From: Lama guanicoe
Taxonomy: Eukaryota
Length of the DNA: 64,000 nt
Reading direction: 5' to 3'
Assembly: GCA_013239625.1 (NCBI GenBank)
Contig: MU054323.1
Location: 10,881,186-10,945,185, forward strand
Under the pieces are notes generated by a model, which searched no databases, was not told where the DNA came from, and worked only from the letters and a program-made list of their open reading frames with translations. Numbering within the stretch: the stretch's first letter is position 1; every line of letters begins with the position of its first letter. Below, one piece after another: positions 25,880 through 38,990 of the stretch. Made by a program: the position numbers and the translations under genes.

Positions 25880-28800
25880 GGTGTATTTCAAAGGGTATCT
25901 GGATCAAAGGTAAATAAATATGTATGTAGTTTTGTTAGATATTACCAAATTCTCTTTAGAGAGACTGTACTTTTTCACATTCCTATCAGCAATGAATAAG
26001 AATTTCTGTTTTCCAATCCTAATTCTGAAGGATGAAAAACAGTGTCTCAGTATATTTTTTATTTTAATTTCTATTATGGGTCAAGTTGCATACATCTATC
26101 ATTGAAAAGTTTTTCTTATATTTTGATGTAGTCAAATTTATCAATCTTTTCTGTTATTAAACCTGAATTTTACAGTCAAAATGCAAAACACAATTAATAA
26201 GAATAAACCCAAGTCACAGCAGAATTCACTCATGTTTTACTCTAGCACTTGTGTGGTTTTGTTTTTCACATTCGAGTCTCTGATTCATTTCGATTCCTGA
26301 AATAAATCTCATGTGGTCACTGTGCATAATCCTTTTTTATGTTACTGGATTTAGTTTGCTGATGATTTTTGCTTTTATTTTCATAAAAACTAATGCTCTG
26401 TAGTTTTCTTTCCTTGTAATGTCATTGTCTGGTTGGTGTCAAGGTAATACTGGCCCCAAAGAATGAGTTGAGAAATATTCTCTTCTCTATTTTCTGAAAG
26501 GGTTTGTGTAATATTGGCATACATTTAATTGAATTCAGCACTGAATTCAATTCATCTAGGCCTGGGCTTATATTTGTGGGATGATTTTTAATTACTAATT
26601 CAAATTTTTTGCTCTTTCTATGCCTGTTAAAATTTTCTATTTATTATTGAGTCAGTGTGATAATTTGTGTCTGTCTAGGAATCTGCTCATTTTATATAAA
26701 TTGTTGATTTTGTTGGCATAAAGTGATTTATAATATTCCCTTATTCTTCCTTTAACTCTTGTAGCATTTCTAGCAATATCCCTTTTTTATTCTTTTTTTT
26801 TTTTTGACAACTTGTGTTTTCTCTCATTTTCTATGTCAGTCTAGCTAAATGTCTGAAAAGGAAAAATCTTTTCAAGGAACCAGCTTTTTGGTTTCATTGA
26901 TTTTCTCTATTGCTGTTTGGTTTTCTATTTCATTGAAAATGTATTATTTCTTTCCTTCTAGTTATTTTGATTTGACTTGTTCTCATGTTTCTAACTTCTT
27001 GAAGTAGAAATTAGATTGTTGGCTTTAGATCTTTCTTTCTAATATAAGCATTTTAAAGCTATAAATTTTCTTCTAAACACTGCTTTAGCTGCAGCCTAAA
27101 ACTTACATGTTGTGTTATTTTAATTTTATTTATTTCTAATAAATATTTCCTAATTTCTCCTGTGATTTCTTCAACCTACAGGTTATTTAGAAGTATGTTT
27201 CATTTTCAATACTGGGGAATTTTTAAGATTTCTTTCTATTGCAAATTTTTAATTTATTACTGTTGCAGGGGGAGAACGTATTTTCTATGATTTCAATCCT
27301 TGTAAATTTATTAGGACTTGCTTTATGGCCTAGCATAAACTCTACCCCAAAGAATATTCTATTTGCACTTAAAAACTGTGTGTATTGGGTGGCACATTTT
27401 GTAAATAGCTGGTTAAGTCTTCTATATCCTTATTAATTCTCTTAACTATATCTATTATTAATAGTGAGTTATTGAAATCTTCCACTATTCTTGCCAAATT
27501 GTCTATTATTACTCCTTTCAATTCTGTCACTTTTTTGCTTTAGGTATTTTGGAATTCTATTGTTAGGTGTTTATAATTGTAGAATCTTCCTGATGTATTC
27601 ATCCTTGTATCATTAGAAATTTCCCTCATTGTCTCTAGTTGTAGTTGTTGTCTCCAAGCCTAATTTATCTGATGTTATTCATAACCACTCCAGTTCTCTT
27701 ATGGTTACTGTTTGCATGGTATTTTCTTCACGTCTTATTTGTGTCTTTGAATCTAAGGTGGCTCTCTTACAAATAGCATACAATTGGATCTTATTTTTTA
27801 AATCCAGTCTGATAACTTCTGCCTTTAATGTGTAATTTTTAATCTACTCATATGTAATGTAATTATTGATATAACTGGATTTACATCTGCCACTTTGCTA
27901 TTTATTATCTTACATCTTTTGTCGCTTCTCCTTTCTCTATTTCACCTTTAGTGGATTCTATATTAAATTATTTTTAGTATTATTTCAGTTGCTCAATTAA
28001 TTAATTAATTTTTCAGCTATATTCTCTCCATTATTTTCTTGGTGGTCATTTTAAGGATTGCATTATATTTCTTTAATTTATCATAATCTAGTTCAAGTTA
28101 ATATTTTCTTAAAATTCCAGTAAAATATAGCAAGACTGCTCCAATATAGTTCAATTTCCTCCACTCTCCTTTACACTTTACCCACACATTTACCATTTCT
28201 GGCACTCTTCATTTCTTCCTATGTATTCAATTAACATCAGGTATCATTTTCATTCAGTTTGAAGAAATTTCTTTAGAACTTCTTGTAGGGAAGGTCTATT
28301 AGCAATGAATTCTCTCAATTTTTGTTTATCTGGGAAAATATTTATTGTTGTCTTAATACTCAAAGGATAGTACTGCTCAATATATTCCTCTTGGTTTATA
28401 CCTGTTTCTTCTCTTAGCACTTTTGCAGCATATCATTATACCTTATGACCTTCATAAGTCAGCCATTAATTAGATTATTGTCCTCTTGCATATGATGAGT
28501 CATTTTTCCCTTATTGTTTACAAGATATTCTTTGCCTTTGGATTTGTCACTGAATATGTTGTGTCAAGGTATTACTCTCTTGTTTATTCTTCTTGGGGTT
28601 GGCTGGATCTGTAGCTTCATCTTTAAAATCTGATTTGGGGAGTTTCCAATTATTATTTCATGTATGTTTATTCTGCTCTTTCCTCTCTTCTCATTTTAGG
28701 ACTACCTTTACAGATATGTTGGTATGTTTGATATTGTCACAGAGGTCTATGAGGCTTTGTTAATTTCTCTTCAATAGTTTTTTTCTTTCCTGCTCTTCAG

Positions 28801-30710
28801 CTTAGATGACTTTATCAAACTGGTTTTGATTTCACTGATTCCTTCTTCTGCTAATTTACACCTGCTATGGACCAAATCTAGTGATTATTTAAAATTATTG
28901 TACTTTCCAATCCTTAAAATTCCACTTGGTTCTTTTTGTAGTTTTTGCTATTGAAATTTTCTATTTGTTGAGTCACTGTATTTTCCTTAAATTCTTTGGA
29001 AACAGTTTCTTTTAATTATTTGAATATATTTATAATAGGGCTTTAAGTTTTTTTTGCTAAATTTAACATTTGGGGCCCACTCAGAATCCATTTCCATTGG
29101 CTTTTTTTCCCTTGATTATGGATAATGCTATCTTGTTTTTCTGCATGCCTAATTAAAAAAAATTAGACAATATTTTATAACAAGTCTCAATTCTAATTTT
29201 TTTTCCTGAGGTATGGTTTTGCTTGTTTGTTTTCAGTAGAGGGAGTTAACTTCCTCTGACTTGAGCTGCAAAATTCTTCTCTGCCATGGTGAGCACACAC
29301 TGATGTTTCTCATCAGTTCTTTATTCTTCCCTTCATTTTTCAGCTTTCTAGGGATAATATAGGTTAGGAGCAACCAGCCATTTAAGTAGAGGTTGTTCTC
29401 AAACACTGTGATCTCTCAAAGTTTCCACCCACCCCTCCACCAACTTATCTACGAGTTACAAAGAGTTCAAAGTTCGGCCAGTTTTCAAGTCTGCCTTGAC
29501 CCTCACTTTCCAATGGACTTTCCTGAGACTCTCCTTAGCATGCACCTAGTTTCATGGTCTGTCAAAGGTAGGTGAAGAGCTTATCTAGCCTTAGACTCTA
29601 ATTCCCAGGATTTCCCTCTTAAATATCTGACTAAGCCACCATCTCATCAGACTTACTGTGTAACCACAACATCAGGTTAGCATAGTGGCTTTTCCCAGCT
29701 TATTTTATACTGAGATTTGTACTTTTACTGAAAACACCCAGAGTTTTTACCCTCTGTTCCTTATCGACTCCAGGCTCCTTGGCAACAAAACTGCTTGTTT
29801 TTCCTGGCCAGTTCTGCAATGGCAACACCACTATTCTCGTCAACAGATCTGCATGTGGAGGTGGAGACAGTGGTCGGAGGATGATCGCAATCCCAGAATA
29901 TAGGTTGCAGACTGATGTTCTCATCCAAAGCTCTACTAGTTTTTCAAGAATAAATGCACCTCAATTTTTTGTCTGCCTTTGGTCAATCTCTAGATCTCTG
30001 AAATTCTTCTTCTTATACTTTCTTCCAGTTTTATACTTATTTTGGAGGGATAAAGATATGTCAGTTTTTGACACCACCATAGCCAGAAGTTCTGTTCTCC
30101 CTCTGATCCATCTGAAATTTATTAATATATATTGTATGGATCTAATTTATCTTTTACTATATGGCTATCCAGTTGCCTCACATTACTTATTAAAATAGCT
30201 ATCTTTTCTCCCCAGTGATTTTAGATGCCACATTTATCATATATATTAAATTTCTCTATGTATTTGGTCTGTTTCTGGATTTTATTTTATTCCATTGGTC
30301 TATTTATGTTCCAGTACTATACTATTTTAATTATAGAGACTTTGTAGTATATTTTAATATCTAATAGTCCCGGTTCTGTCTCCCCACCACTCCCCGTGTG
30401 CACGCATGCACACACACACACACAGCTATTCTTTCATGTTTATATTTTTTACAATTCAGTATCAGCTTGTCTAGCTACAGAAAAAAAGTATGTTAGCATT
30501 TTTATTGTGGTTACATCAAATTTATAAATGAACTTAAAGAAAATCACATATTGATGATATTGAGATATACTATCCAAGAAAAAAGTACATGTTTCAACTT
30601 TTTTTAAGCCTATTTTTTGTCCCTCAGAAGTGTTTTATGGTTTTCTTCATGTAGCATTTGCACATTTCTTGTTAAGCTTATTCCAAAATAGTTTATCTTT
30701 TTTTGTTGTC
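25880..30710 (-). mobile_element. Old L1ME-like fragment (25880-26290 plus 30100-30710) interrupted by another L1M
   Basis: gatgtagtcaaatttatcaatcttt...ttcacatt...ctctgat on the left continues on the right as ctctgatccatctgaaattt...ggctatccagttg...tttctggattttattttattccattgg. Confidence 0.7.
26291..30095 (-). mobile_element. Old L1M 5' half (5' UTR, ORF1, ORF2 endonuclease region), decayed
   Basis: Antisense L1 motifs: gaaccagctttttggtttcattgatt, ataaattttcttctaaacactgctttagctg, agcaatgaattctctcaatttttgtttatctggg; ends caccaccatagccagaagt. Confidence 0.85.
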
Positions 30711-30769
30711 TAACCACATTTAAAAGTCTAATAGCATTGACCTTTAGCCTCAAATCAAAATCCATCCAT

Positions 30770-30990
30770 GGTGGGATAAAAAGACTACATGGGCCTAACA
30801 GTCAACTAAACCTAAATTCAATTCTGACTCTTCTTCTTTACCATGTGACCTTAAATAAGTTGTAACTGCGTTGAGCCTCAGATTCTTCACCTATAAAATG
30901 GAGATGATTAAATCCACCTCTAAAGGATATTGTGAAGATGAAGTGAAATAGCCTATATAAAATGCACACAAAGTTGTCACCACTGCCCCC
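30770..30990 (+). mobile_element. MIR SINE
   Basis: catgtgaccttaaataagtt...tgagcctcagattcttcacctataaaatggagatgat core. Confidence 0.85.
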
Positions 30991-31705
30991 TTTTATGATG
31001 TGATCATTGATTCTTGGACTCTGAGCTTTCATTTCTATGTACTTCAGATTTGTTGCTTATCCTCCCAGCCACATATGCTGGATCTCTTGCTGCTACTTTA
31101 TCAATAAATTGGTGGGCCTGGAATTGGTGTGTAAACAATAAACCACACTGTAGTTTTTATTCTTTTGTATCAAGTACTATTCAAAGGGTGCAGTATGTTT
31201 GCTCTTCAGGTTTCTTAATAATCATCTAACCCCCACTTTAGGATTATCTCATTGGCAATATTTTGAGGAATGAGAAATAAATTTCAGATTCAAAACATAT
31301 AATCTCCCCTTCCTAGTTTCAAGCTCTACAAGGGGGTGGGGAAGGAAAGTGAAGAAATCCCATCAAATTTCCAACAGCATTTCAAGGTCTCCTCCTGCCC
31401 TAGAATTTATTAACAACCCATCATTTCCTCACTGTCTTAGCCCCATGCTCTGTTCTTTCTTCTGTCTCTATTTTCTCTCTGTACAGCTGAAGTAATCACC
31501 TTTAATCCCAGATAAGGCACTCTGAGATCCTAAAATAAAAGGTTTGGGGTTCATAAACATACAGTTTGGGATTGCTTAATGGTATATGTCTCTGAACCCT
31601 TACTCAGCCCTGAACATCTCTGTAATCTTGATCCCTTTCAAAGTTAATGAACCACATGGGAGCTGGGGGTACACTGCCTTAAAGACACCAAATGTCCTAT
31701 TTTCA

Positions 31706-31747
31706 GAAAACAGCCTGTTCGTTTCTGAAAACAGCCTGTTCGTTTCT
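31706..31747. repeat. Perfect 21-bp tandem duplication
   Basis: gaaaacagcctgttcgtttct occurs twice back to back. Confidence 0.95.
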
Positions 31748-33619
31748 GAGGCAGCCCTTGGCTGCTGCTCTGGATTCTCTGAGCCAAACAGAACCTCCCA
31801 GAGCAGCTGAGAGAGGCAGGTGCTTCCTGGCTTCTCCAGATTCACACCTGGAGTGAGAACATTTGCAGCCCTATTCTTTGAAGCCTCCCCTCCCTGCCCT
31901 CTTCTGGAAAAAATAGCTACCCTCACCCTTCACTACTTACCCTTGAGCCCCCCTCAACCACAGATCTGGCAATAAAAGGTGCATGGTTTCTTCTCAGTGG
32001 TGGTTTTCATATTCTCTTTTTCTTTTTTTGGCAGTGGAATTCTCTTTTCAAAATCAATTTTTTTCCCCCTGAAATCCAGGCTAGATGACAAATAGCAGTG
32101 GAGCAATTCAAGATAAAGGGAGACTGAGGATGAAGGCTCCTGCTGATTCACCACCATTCCCCACCCCTAGTCCTCTCTACCACCATACAGTCACACGCCA
32201 GGGTAAAGTCACATTCACAGAACCCTGGGTTTCCTTGTAACATAATATGAAACTAAGGAGGAGAGGGCAGAGTGGTGGTGGTAAATATTTAGCTCTACAA
32301 ATGAAGTTTTAAAAGAAAAAAAAAAAGAAGACTGTCATATCAGATGACATTCCTAACAAAAACTAACAGTAAAAAGAAGTATTTAAACTTTAGAGACCAA
32401 TGCACAAGCCAGGAAGTCAGGGCACTTGGGCTACACAATCCCCTTGCTATCGAATGACAGCATGATCTCGGGTGAGTTACTTAAGCTCTCCAGGCTTCAC
32501 TTCCTTCTTCAGGTAAGGGTTAATGACATTGACCTATTCCCTTACATCTTTCCAAGCAGTCACTGGCAAAGGTCTTTCTTCCTCCAATAGTATTCTATGA
32601 GGAATAATGGGAACTGATGCTATGTAAAACTCTTGTTTTACAATATTTTGTATGAGCCAAAGGTAATCCCAATTATACCTATATTTAAAATAATTATTCA
32701 CCCACATAATCATTCCTCTTTACTGGAGTTGAAACTTGCACTTGCAATTGATTAAGTTTTCTATATTTTATAACATTCTCTATGATGCATTTATTTCTTC
32801 TGTTTTGCAACATACCCCACTAAAACTTGTTCAATGGAAGTGTGACATTTTTAGGGCATGATTTTTAAGTGGTATCTGTGTGCAAATTACATTAGCACTT
32901 CCAAATTAAATTGTTTTTATTTTAATGGATAGTGTCAAACAGATAAATATCTAATTCGTATTCTTGGGAGTAGAGAGAGTAGTATTAAAAAATATCAATA
33001 TAATAACATCCTTAAAGTCTGAAGTTCAAGGAAAGCTAGGAATATATATTGGGGTTTTAGCTCATAAAATCATTTTCATCTTAAGGCTAGTCTTAAGAGT
33101 TTCTGGATCAAATAAAATATCAGCACCTCCCACACAGAAAGAGTAGACAGCATATACAGGTAGAAGATGGAGGGAGACAGGGAAGAAAACCATCTTCTTT
33201 CTTCTTATCCTACTGTTCTTCCTCTGTAAGTTTTGCGAACCTGGTTTCTTGACTGTGTGTTAATTATGCCATTCATTTTCATGACTGTTTACAATTTACA
33301 AAACACTTTCACATTCATCTCATTTCATTTTTTTTTCCATCTCATTTCATTTTAGTCTCACAAGAATCCCCGGATATCTGGAAAACAGCTCTTTTTGTAC
33401 CCATTCTTCAGAGGATGAAATATGCTCTATGGAATAACTGATACCCAAGTTGCCTGGTTGAGCAAGGATCAGAGCTCTTTGTGCTCCTCTACCAGCCTGC
33501 CCAGCACTCATATTATGTCGGGTGCTGACATCTTGACCTAGCCATCTTTTAAGGCCTGAGGACCTTCTCCAGGAGCAGAGGAGACCTCTGGTGGAGCTGC
33601 CTGGAGCAGTTGACTCCCT

Positions 33620-33830
33620 TAGAAAGAGCACTGACCAAAGTCAGAAGACCTAAATTCTGGTTCTAGTCTTGGCCCTGTATGATTCACTTAGCAATATCAG
33701 AGCCTTCACTCATCTTATCTAGGCCTCAGTTCCTCTGTCCATAAACTGGGAATGTAAATGTGCCCTGCCCACCTCACAGGCATACTGTGGAACTCCACAT
33801 GGTACACACATAATACATATGAAAATGGTT
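33620..33830 (+). mobile_element. MIR SINE
   Basis: agtcagaagacct...ggcctcagttcctctgtccataaactggg...cctcacagg. Confidence 0.8.
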
Positions 33831-34869
33831 TCCAAGGCCGGGGTTTCATTTCATTGTGTCTCACAGACCCCTAGAGATGCCTCTTTCAAGGTCTATGTCT
33901 TGGGATCTCATCATCCTTCAGAGTCACCCCAAGCCCCCAGAGGGCCAGCGAGCTTGGGCTTTGGGTGGAGAGAAAGTGCACTGTTGGTGCCCTGACCTTT
34001 CCTCTCAGGGATGATGGCCAAGTAGGCTGCTCCTGGAGGGGCCCTCCCTGCCCTGTTGGTCTAGCCTTGCCAGTGGCTCCCCAATTAAATCATGGATCTG
34101 GTCTCTCCCCGTGCCTCTGCCTCAGCCCTGGGGGGATCATGACCTGATCTGATGAGAGACACAGCCACAGCTCTGAGGTGCTAGAAGCCAACCCAGTGCA
34201 TGTCCCTATGGAGCCTACTGGGCTCTTTTAAGACTGAGAGGACGGGAAGGTGGGGTGCAGAGGGTGCAGATGCAAGCAGCAGCTGCTCCTCCAGCTCCCA
34301 GTCCTGGTCCCAGGGGTCTGCTCTTCCATCCCCTGTCTCCCTCAGGATGAAGTCCACTGTGCTCCGTACTCATTAAATGTTTATCTGGGTAAAGCTTCAA
34401 AACCTGGATTAGGCAGGTCCTGGCTGGGAAAATCTGCATTGCTAATGAGGGTCAGCCAAACTGGGGTTGGGGGTGGGAAGGAAGGAGAATTCCTGGATGC
34501 AGAGCTGTGGCAGCAGCCCTGGGAGAGCAGAGAGAGAGGGGAGGAGGATGGCGGACACCCTGAGTTGGGGGAGGGGGCAGGAGAGGGCCCCTGCACTTAT
34601 TTAACCATGTATTACTCTTATAGTTTTCAGATGTGCTTCTGAGGCTTTACAGAAGTGGAGCTCACCACATCCAGGGAGGGAAAGGCACCTGCCATGAAGC
34701 CCCCTATATTTCCTAAGGGCTAGAGGATCAAGCTCAGAGAGACAAGAGGTATCTGCAGGGCTCAGCCAGCCTGGTGGGAGAGCTGCGTCCAAGGGTGAGT
34801 TAGCTGTCAGGGAGTCCCAGGCTTTGGAAGATTCTCATGTCATCCGTCTAAAGTGTTTTAATAGGGTAA

Positions 34870-35380
34870 TAATACTGCCAGTAATGGTCAGCATTGAAGG
34901 ATATTGGGCACTGCTAAACCGTGTGCATGCAGTATTTCATTTAATCTTCACAATGGTTCTATAAAGGAGGGATGATGAGAAAACTGAGGCTTACCTATGC
35001 AAGTTGACACAGCCTATAATTTATGTGACAGCAAAGCTTTGAACTAGGGCTGCGGTCTGACTTCAGAGCCTGCACTCCTAAGCAGCCTGCTGTTCTGAAC
35101 TGTCTCCCAGGCATGAACAGCCTCTACTAAATGACATCTGACAGCTCCTTTTAAGGAGAAAGACAAAAACGTGTCCTATTGAGCACCTACCTTGTGCTAG
35201 GCATGTTACATTCAATTCATTACCTCTCATATTCCTCACAACAGTCCTGTGAGGTAAATACCCTTTCCTCCAGTTTACAGATTAGAAAACTGAGACTCAG
35301 GAATGGTAAATGATTCACTCAAGCTATGAAACTTGGATCCAAACCCATGTTTGTCTGACTCTAGGATCCGTCCTCTTTCT
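34870..35380 (-). mobile_element. Two adjacent MIR SINEs
   Basis: tcatttaatcttcaca...gaaaactgaggctt and tattgagcacctac...tttacagattagaaaactgagactcag. Confidence 0.8.
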
Positions 35381-36419
35381 ACCAGGCTGATCTGGATGTG
35401 TTTATTTGTGATTCTCACTCAACTTCAGGGGCTCCAATAGCACCCCAGCAAAATCATTAAAAAGAGAAGAAGCCCCTGGGGAAGCTATAGAATTAAGGGG
35501 TAAAGGTATCATAAGTTCAGGCTGGGAATTGACATTCCAGAGAAGCTTCTACAAATCTCCAAATTCTGGGAGTTATTGACCCACATTTTGAGAATCTTGG
35601 TTTCAGAGCCACTAACCCAGAGCTCACTGGGGTATAAAGACACATGTTTTTGAAAAGTCCTGGAGGGGAAACATCAGATCAAGAGTCAAAAGTTTGCTGA
35701 GGTTCTCCCCTGCATTCTCTGAGTGACTTCTAGTAGGTCAATTATGCTCTCTGGGCCTGTTTCCTAAATAAGACCTCCTTTAGGACCCTTCCAGCTCTAG
35801 TCCTTGATCCTGCAGACAAACCTGTCTTAGCCTATGAAAACTGCTCCCAGTAGAGCTGTCCTGAGCACAATACTTATTGCGAAGCATACTACAAATTGTT
35901 TGTTACTAATATTAGGTGTTCCCAATTAGAGATCATTCAAGTAACATCACTTTCACTCATGATGATGAATAAGCAGGAAAAAGAGGATTAATTTCAACCA
36001 ACACTAGGAATGACACAGATACAAATTATTGGTTCTTCAAGGTGGTTGTAGGTGAAGGATCAGCAAATTGCAGAGCTGAGGCATCAGAAAGGTGTCATGG
36101 AGGAAGCGCCATCTCGACTGGGTCATGAAGGAGAAGGAATTTTACAGGGAAGAAGGGCCTTCCTTGCAGAGGACATATTAGATCCAGATAGTCTTCACCA
36201 ATCATGATACTATTCATTCAGTGCATGATAATTGAGCCAGTGTCCTCAGGGGAGACCTGAGTTTCCACTACCCTTGCCACGCCTCACAATCCACAATGGA
36301 AACAGGAAAAGCATCCTCCGGATACCTAGGGAGGATGAGTTCTAAAGCTGCAATTTCTAGGGACTTCTGGGAGCAGAAGACATTTTCCTTCTTCCAGCAA
36401 CTCTCTTCAGAGTCCAAAA

Positions 36420-36750
36420 CTCTGTCCTGCTACGTTCTGTCCCCTACCCAGATCTAATCAGTCTTGTCCAGTCATGCCAAGCCTTGCCTTACTCTGTCCT
36501 GCTCCATTCAGCCCTAGAAGTCCTGCCCAGTTCTGCCCTGAGCTGCCCAGTCCTGAAATACCCAGTTCTGATGACTTCTGCCCAGACCTGCTCAGCACAG
36601 CACATGCTTCACTCTAACCAGTACTGTGTGGTCATGCCCAATCTGCCTTGCCCAGCTAAGCCCTGTTCAGTCCTGTTCATGTTCTGCTCAATCCTTCCCA
36701 GCCAGCACTGCCTGGCCCAGCCTTGCCAACCCCTGCCTTGGTCTGGTTCA
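36420..36750. repeat. Degenerate pentamer repeat (CCCAG/CCCTG-like)
   Basis: Roughly 5-bp periodic ctgcc/cccag/tcctg units over about 330 bp. Confidence 0.7.
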
Positions 36751-38439
36751 AGACTATCTCTTCCCCTCCCAGACTCAAAGGAAGCCTCTTTTTCTCCAAC
36801 ACATCCATCTCCAAGGCTATATTTAAGGACATTATAAGAAATAGCCCTAAGAATTCCATTACTGCATCTATTGTAAGAACTTTGTTGAGGACATTATTTA
36901 CTATAGGGATTCTCTTTATAGAAATCCTTGGCAGATGTTTCTCTCTGGATTCAGTCACAGGAATTGTGCTTCTCAACTGACTACATTGTTTTAACCTCAG
37001 GGCACTGTGATCCTATGATAGTTCTAACTGCAGGGTCTTGCAAGAATGCACGGAGCAAATAAATGCCCCACCTTTACAAGTGTATAGGATCACAGTGTAC
37101 CTTTTTGCACTAACCGTTTTCATCTCACATTTTTTCTTTGCCTCTTATTTCTTATGACTAACTTATTTTCTTTGTAAACTACCCTAAATTCTTCTTAGAA
37201 GAAGTTGGGCACAAATAATAAGGAACATTTATTAAACTCTCACTCTACGCAGTGTTGCATGGATGGGGGTCCCCTACTCTTTCACACTTGTGGACAAGGC
37301 ACATGGAAAAGCCCCTCTGTTGTATGTCATGTTCCATTCCACCCACAGCCCCTCCAAGTGGAAGGAAGAACTCACTCAGCAGGGTGACTGCTCCCATGCA
37401 GAACAAACCTGTAAATCCTTAAGAACTTGTTGAATCTGCTTTAGGGACTTTAAGAGAATCAGATTTGAAAAACAGATTTGCAGAAAATAATGATAAATGA
37501 CAGTTTTAGGTTTCCTAGAAGCAGAGCTCATGAATGGAGTAATCACTGTCATACCATTAATTATCTTAAGAAAGAGTTAGGGAGGGAGGAGCTGTGCACA
37601 CAGGTGGAAAAAAATTCCAAGTGGCATCCATTTGAATGCAATGTGTACAATGTACCTTCAGTGTCACCTTTATTATTATCAAAAAGAACGAGAATTCATG
37701 GAGGTCCTACTATGGAGAGAGTCTGAGAAAACAGAGAATAAAAGAGGTGATTTTTACCCTCAAAGACCTCACATTCTGGGTGAGTAAAGACGTCAGATAG
37801 ATAAAAAATTAAATGGTATAATGTTGTCTATGCTGAGTGTCCAACTAGAAACAGGGTACCCATTTAGGCTTTAATCAAGGAAGTTTTAGCAGCTTCATCT
37901 GCCTTTAATGCCAAAAATGGATAGAAGCATGCAGGCAGCCAACTATCCAGGAACATAACAGAAAACCAGCAGGCCAGAGCAGGATGGTGACAGAGGCAGC
38001 TGAAAAGAAATGATAAATGCCAACATAACCAGGGACAAAATAGAACAGAGTCTCATCGTACATGCATTTTACCTATACAGATTCAAGTATGGGAGTGTGT
38101 GCATGCACGCATGAGAAAGAGGGAGGAACAATGTAAAATGTGCATGCTCATTTGCCTACTACTCCTCTCAGAGATCATGGTTCAGGGAATGAGCATGAAC
38201 CAGAAGCTATGAACTTGATTCCTTCACTAGGTCTCCGTTCCCATGTGCCTCTCATAGTGTGAGCATCTCACAGCAGGGCTGTGTAAATCTAATATTAAAA
38301 GGTCCTTTTTTACATGGACCCCCCCCCACCCCAATTCAACTCTTGGTGTCTTCATAAAATTATATTGTACTTGACAAGTGATCTAAGGAATTTTCATAGG
38401 TAATTGTGACTCCATGTAATTTCCTACCTTCTTTTGCGC

Positions 38440-38990
38440 TCCACCCTGACTAAGATGCAACTGCAAAAATGTCTTACAGGTGCTTGATATGCTTTCAATG
38501 AGTGAATATGAATGAGTGAATGAACAGCTAAAGAGGAGAAGACAGAGATGAGAATAAGCCTCAGATTGTAATCTAGGGTGATTAATACAGGGGTCACTAT
38601 GAGATAGTCATAGAAGCCCAGAGTTGGAGCTGGTTTTGAAGAAATTTCAGCAGGTTTCACTCTTTGTCACCTTCATGTCATTTCCTCAGCTGAAAGGTCT
38701 GATCCTTCTTTCCTCACTTGAACTACTTCTACTGTTCTTCTAAACACTGTAGAAGCCTAAACATCACAACCTTAGTTAAATCTTTTCTGAACCCACTGTG
38801 GAGATTTAGTTACTGTGCTCCCTTAGCACAAAGTATGTATTTCTATCATAGGACCTATTAATAAGTGCTTTGTGATCATTTATTTCAGTGTGTCCAACCT
38901 CTATTCATCTGAGAACATCTTATTCACTGTTTATTGTTGATTCCCCTAAACAGAGCCTAGAACATAGTGCAAATTAACAGAGTGAGTTCA
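38440..38990. mobile_element. L2 LINE fragments
   Basis: gtgcttgatatgctt...aatgagtgaat and ttattcactgttt...ttcccc...agagcctagaacatagt L2 3' motifs. Confidence 0.6.

Noticed and set aside
31706..31747. Direct repeats as a CRISPR-like array
   Set aside because: Two adjacent copies with no spacer, in mammalian DNA.
33940..34810. GC-rich segment as a possible CpG-island promoter
   Set aside because: G/C-rich but CpG-depleted, with no adjacent gene start.
36677..36980. ORFs open on both strands
   Set aside because: No protein match; the minus strand looks more like a decayed CR1/L3 3' end.
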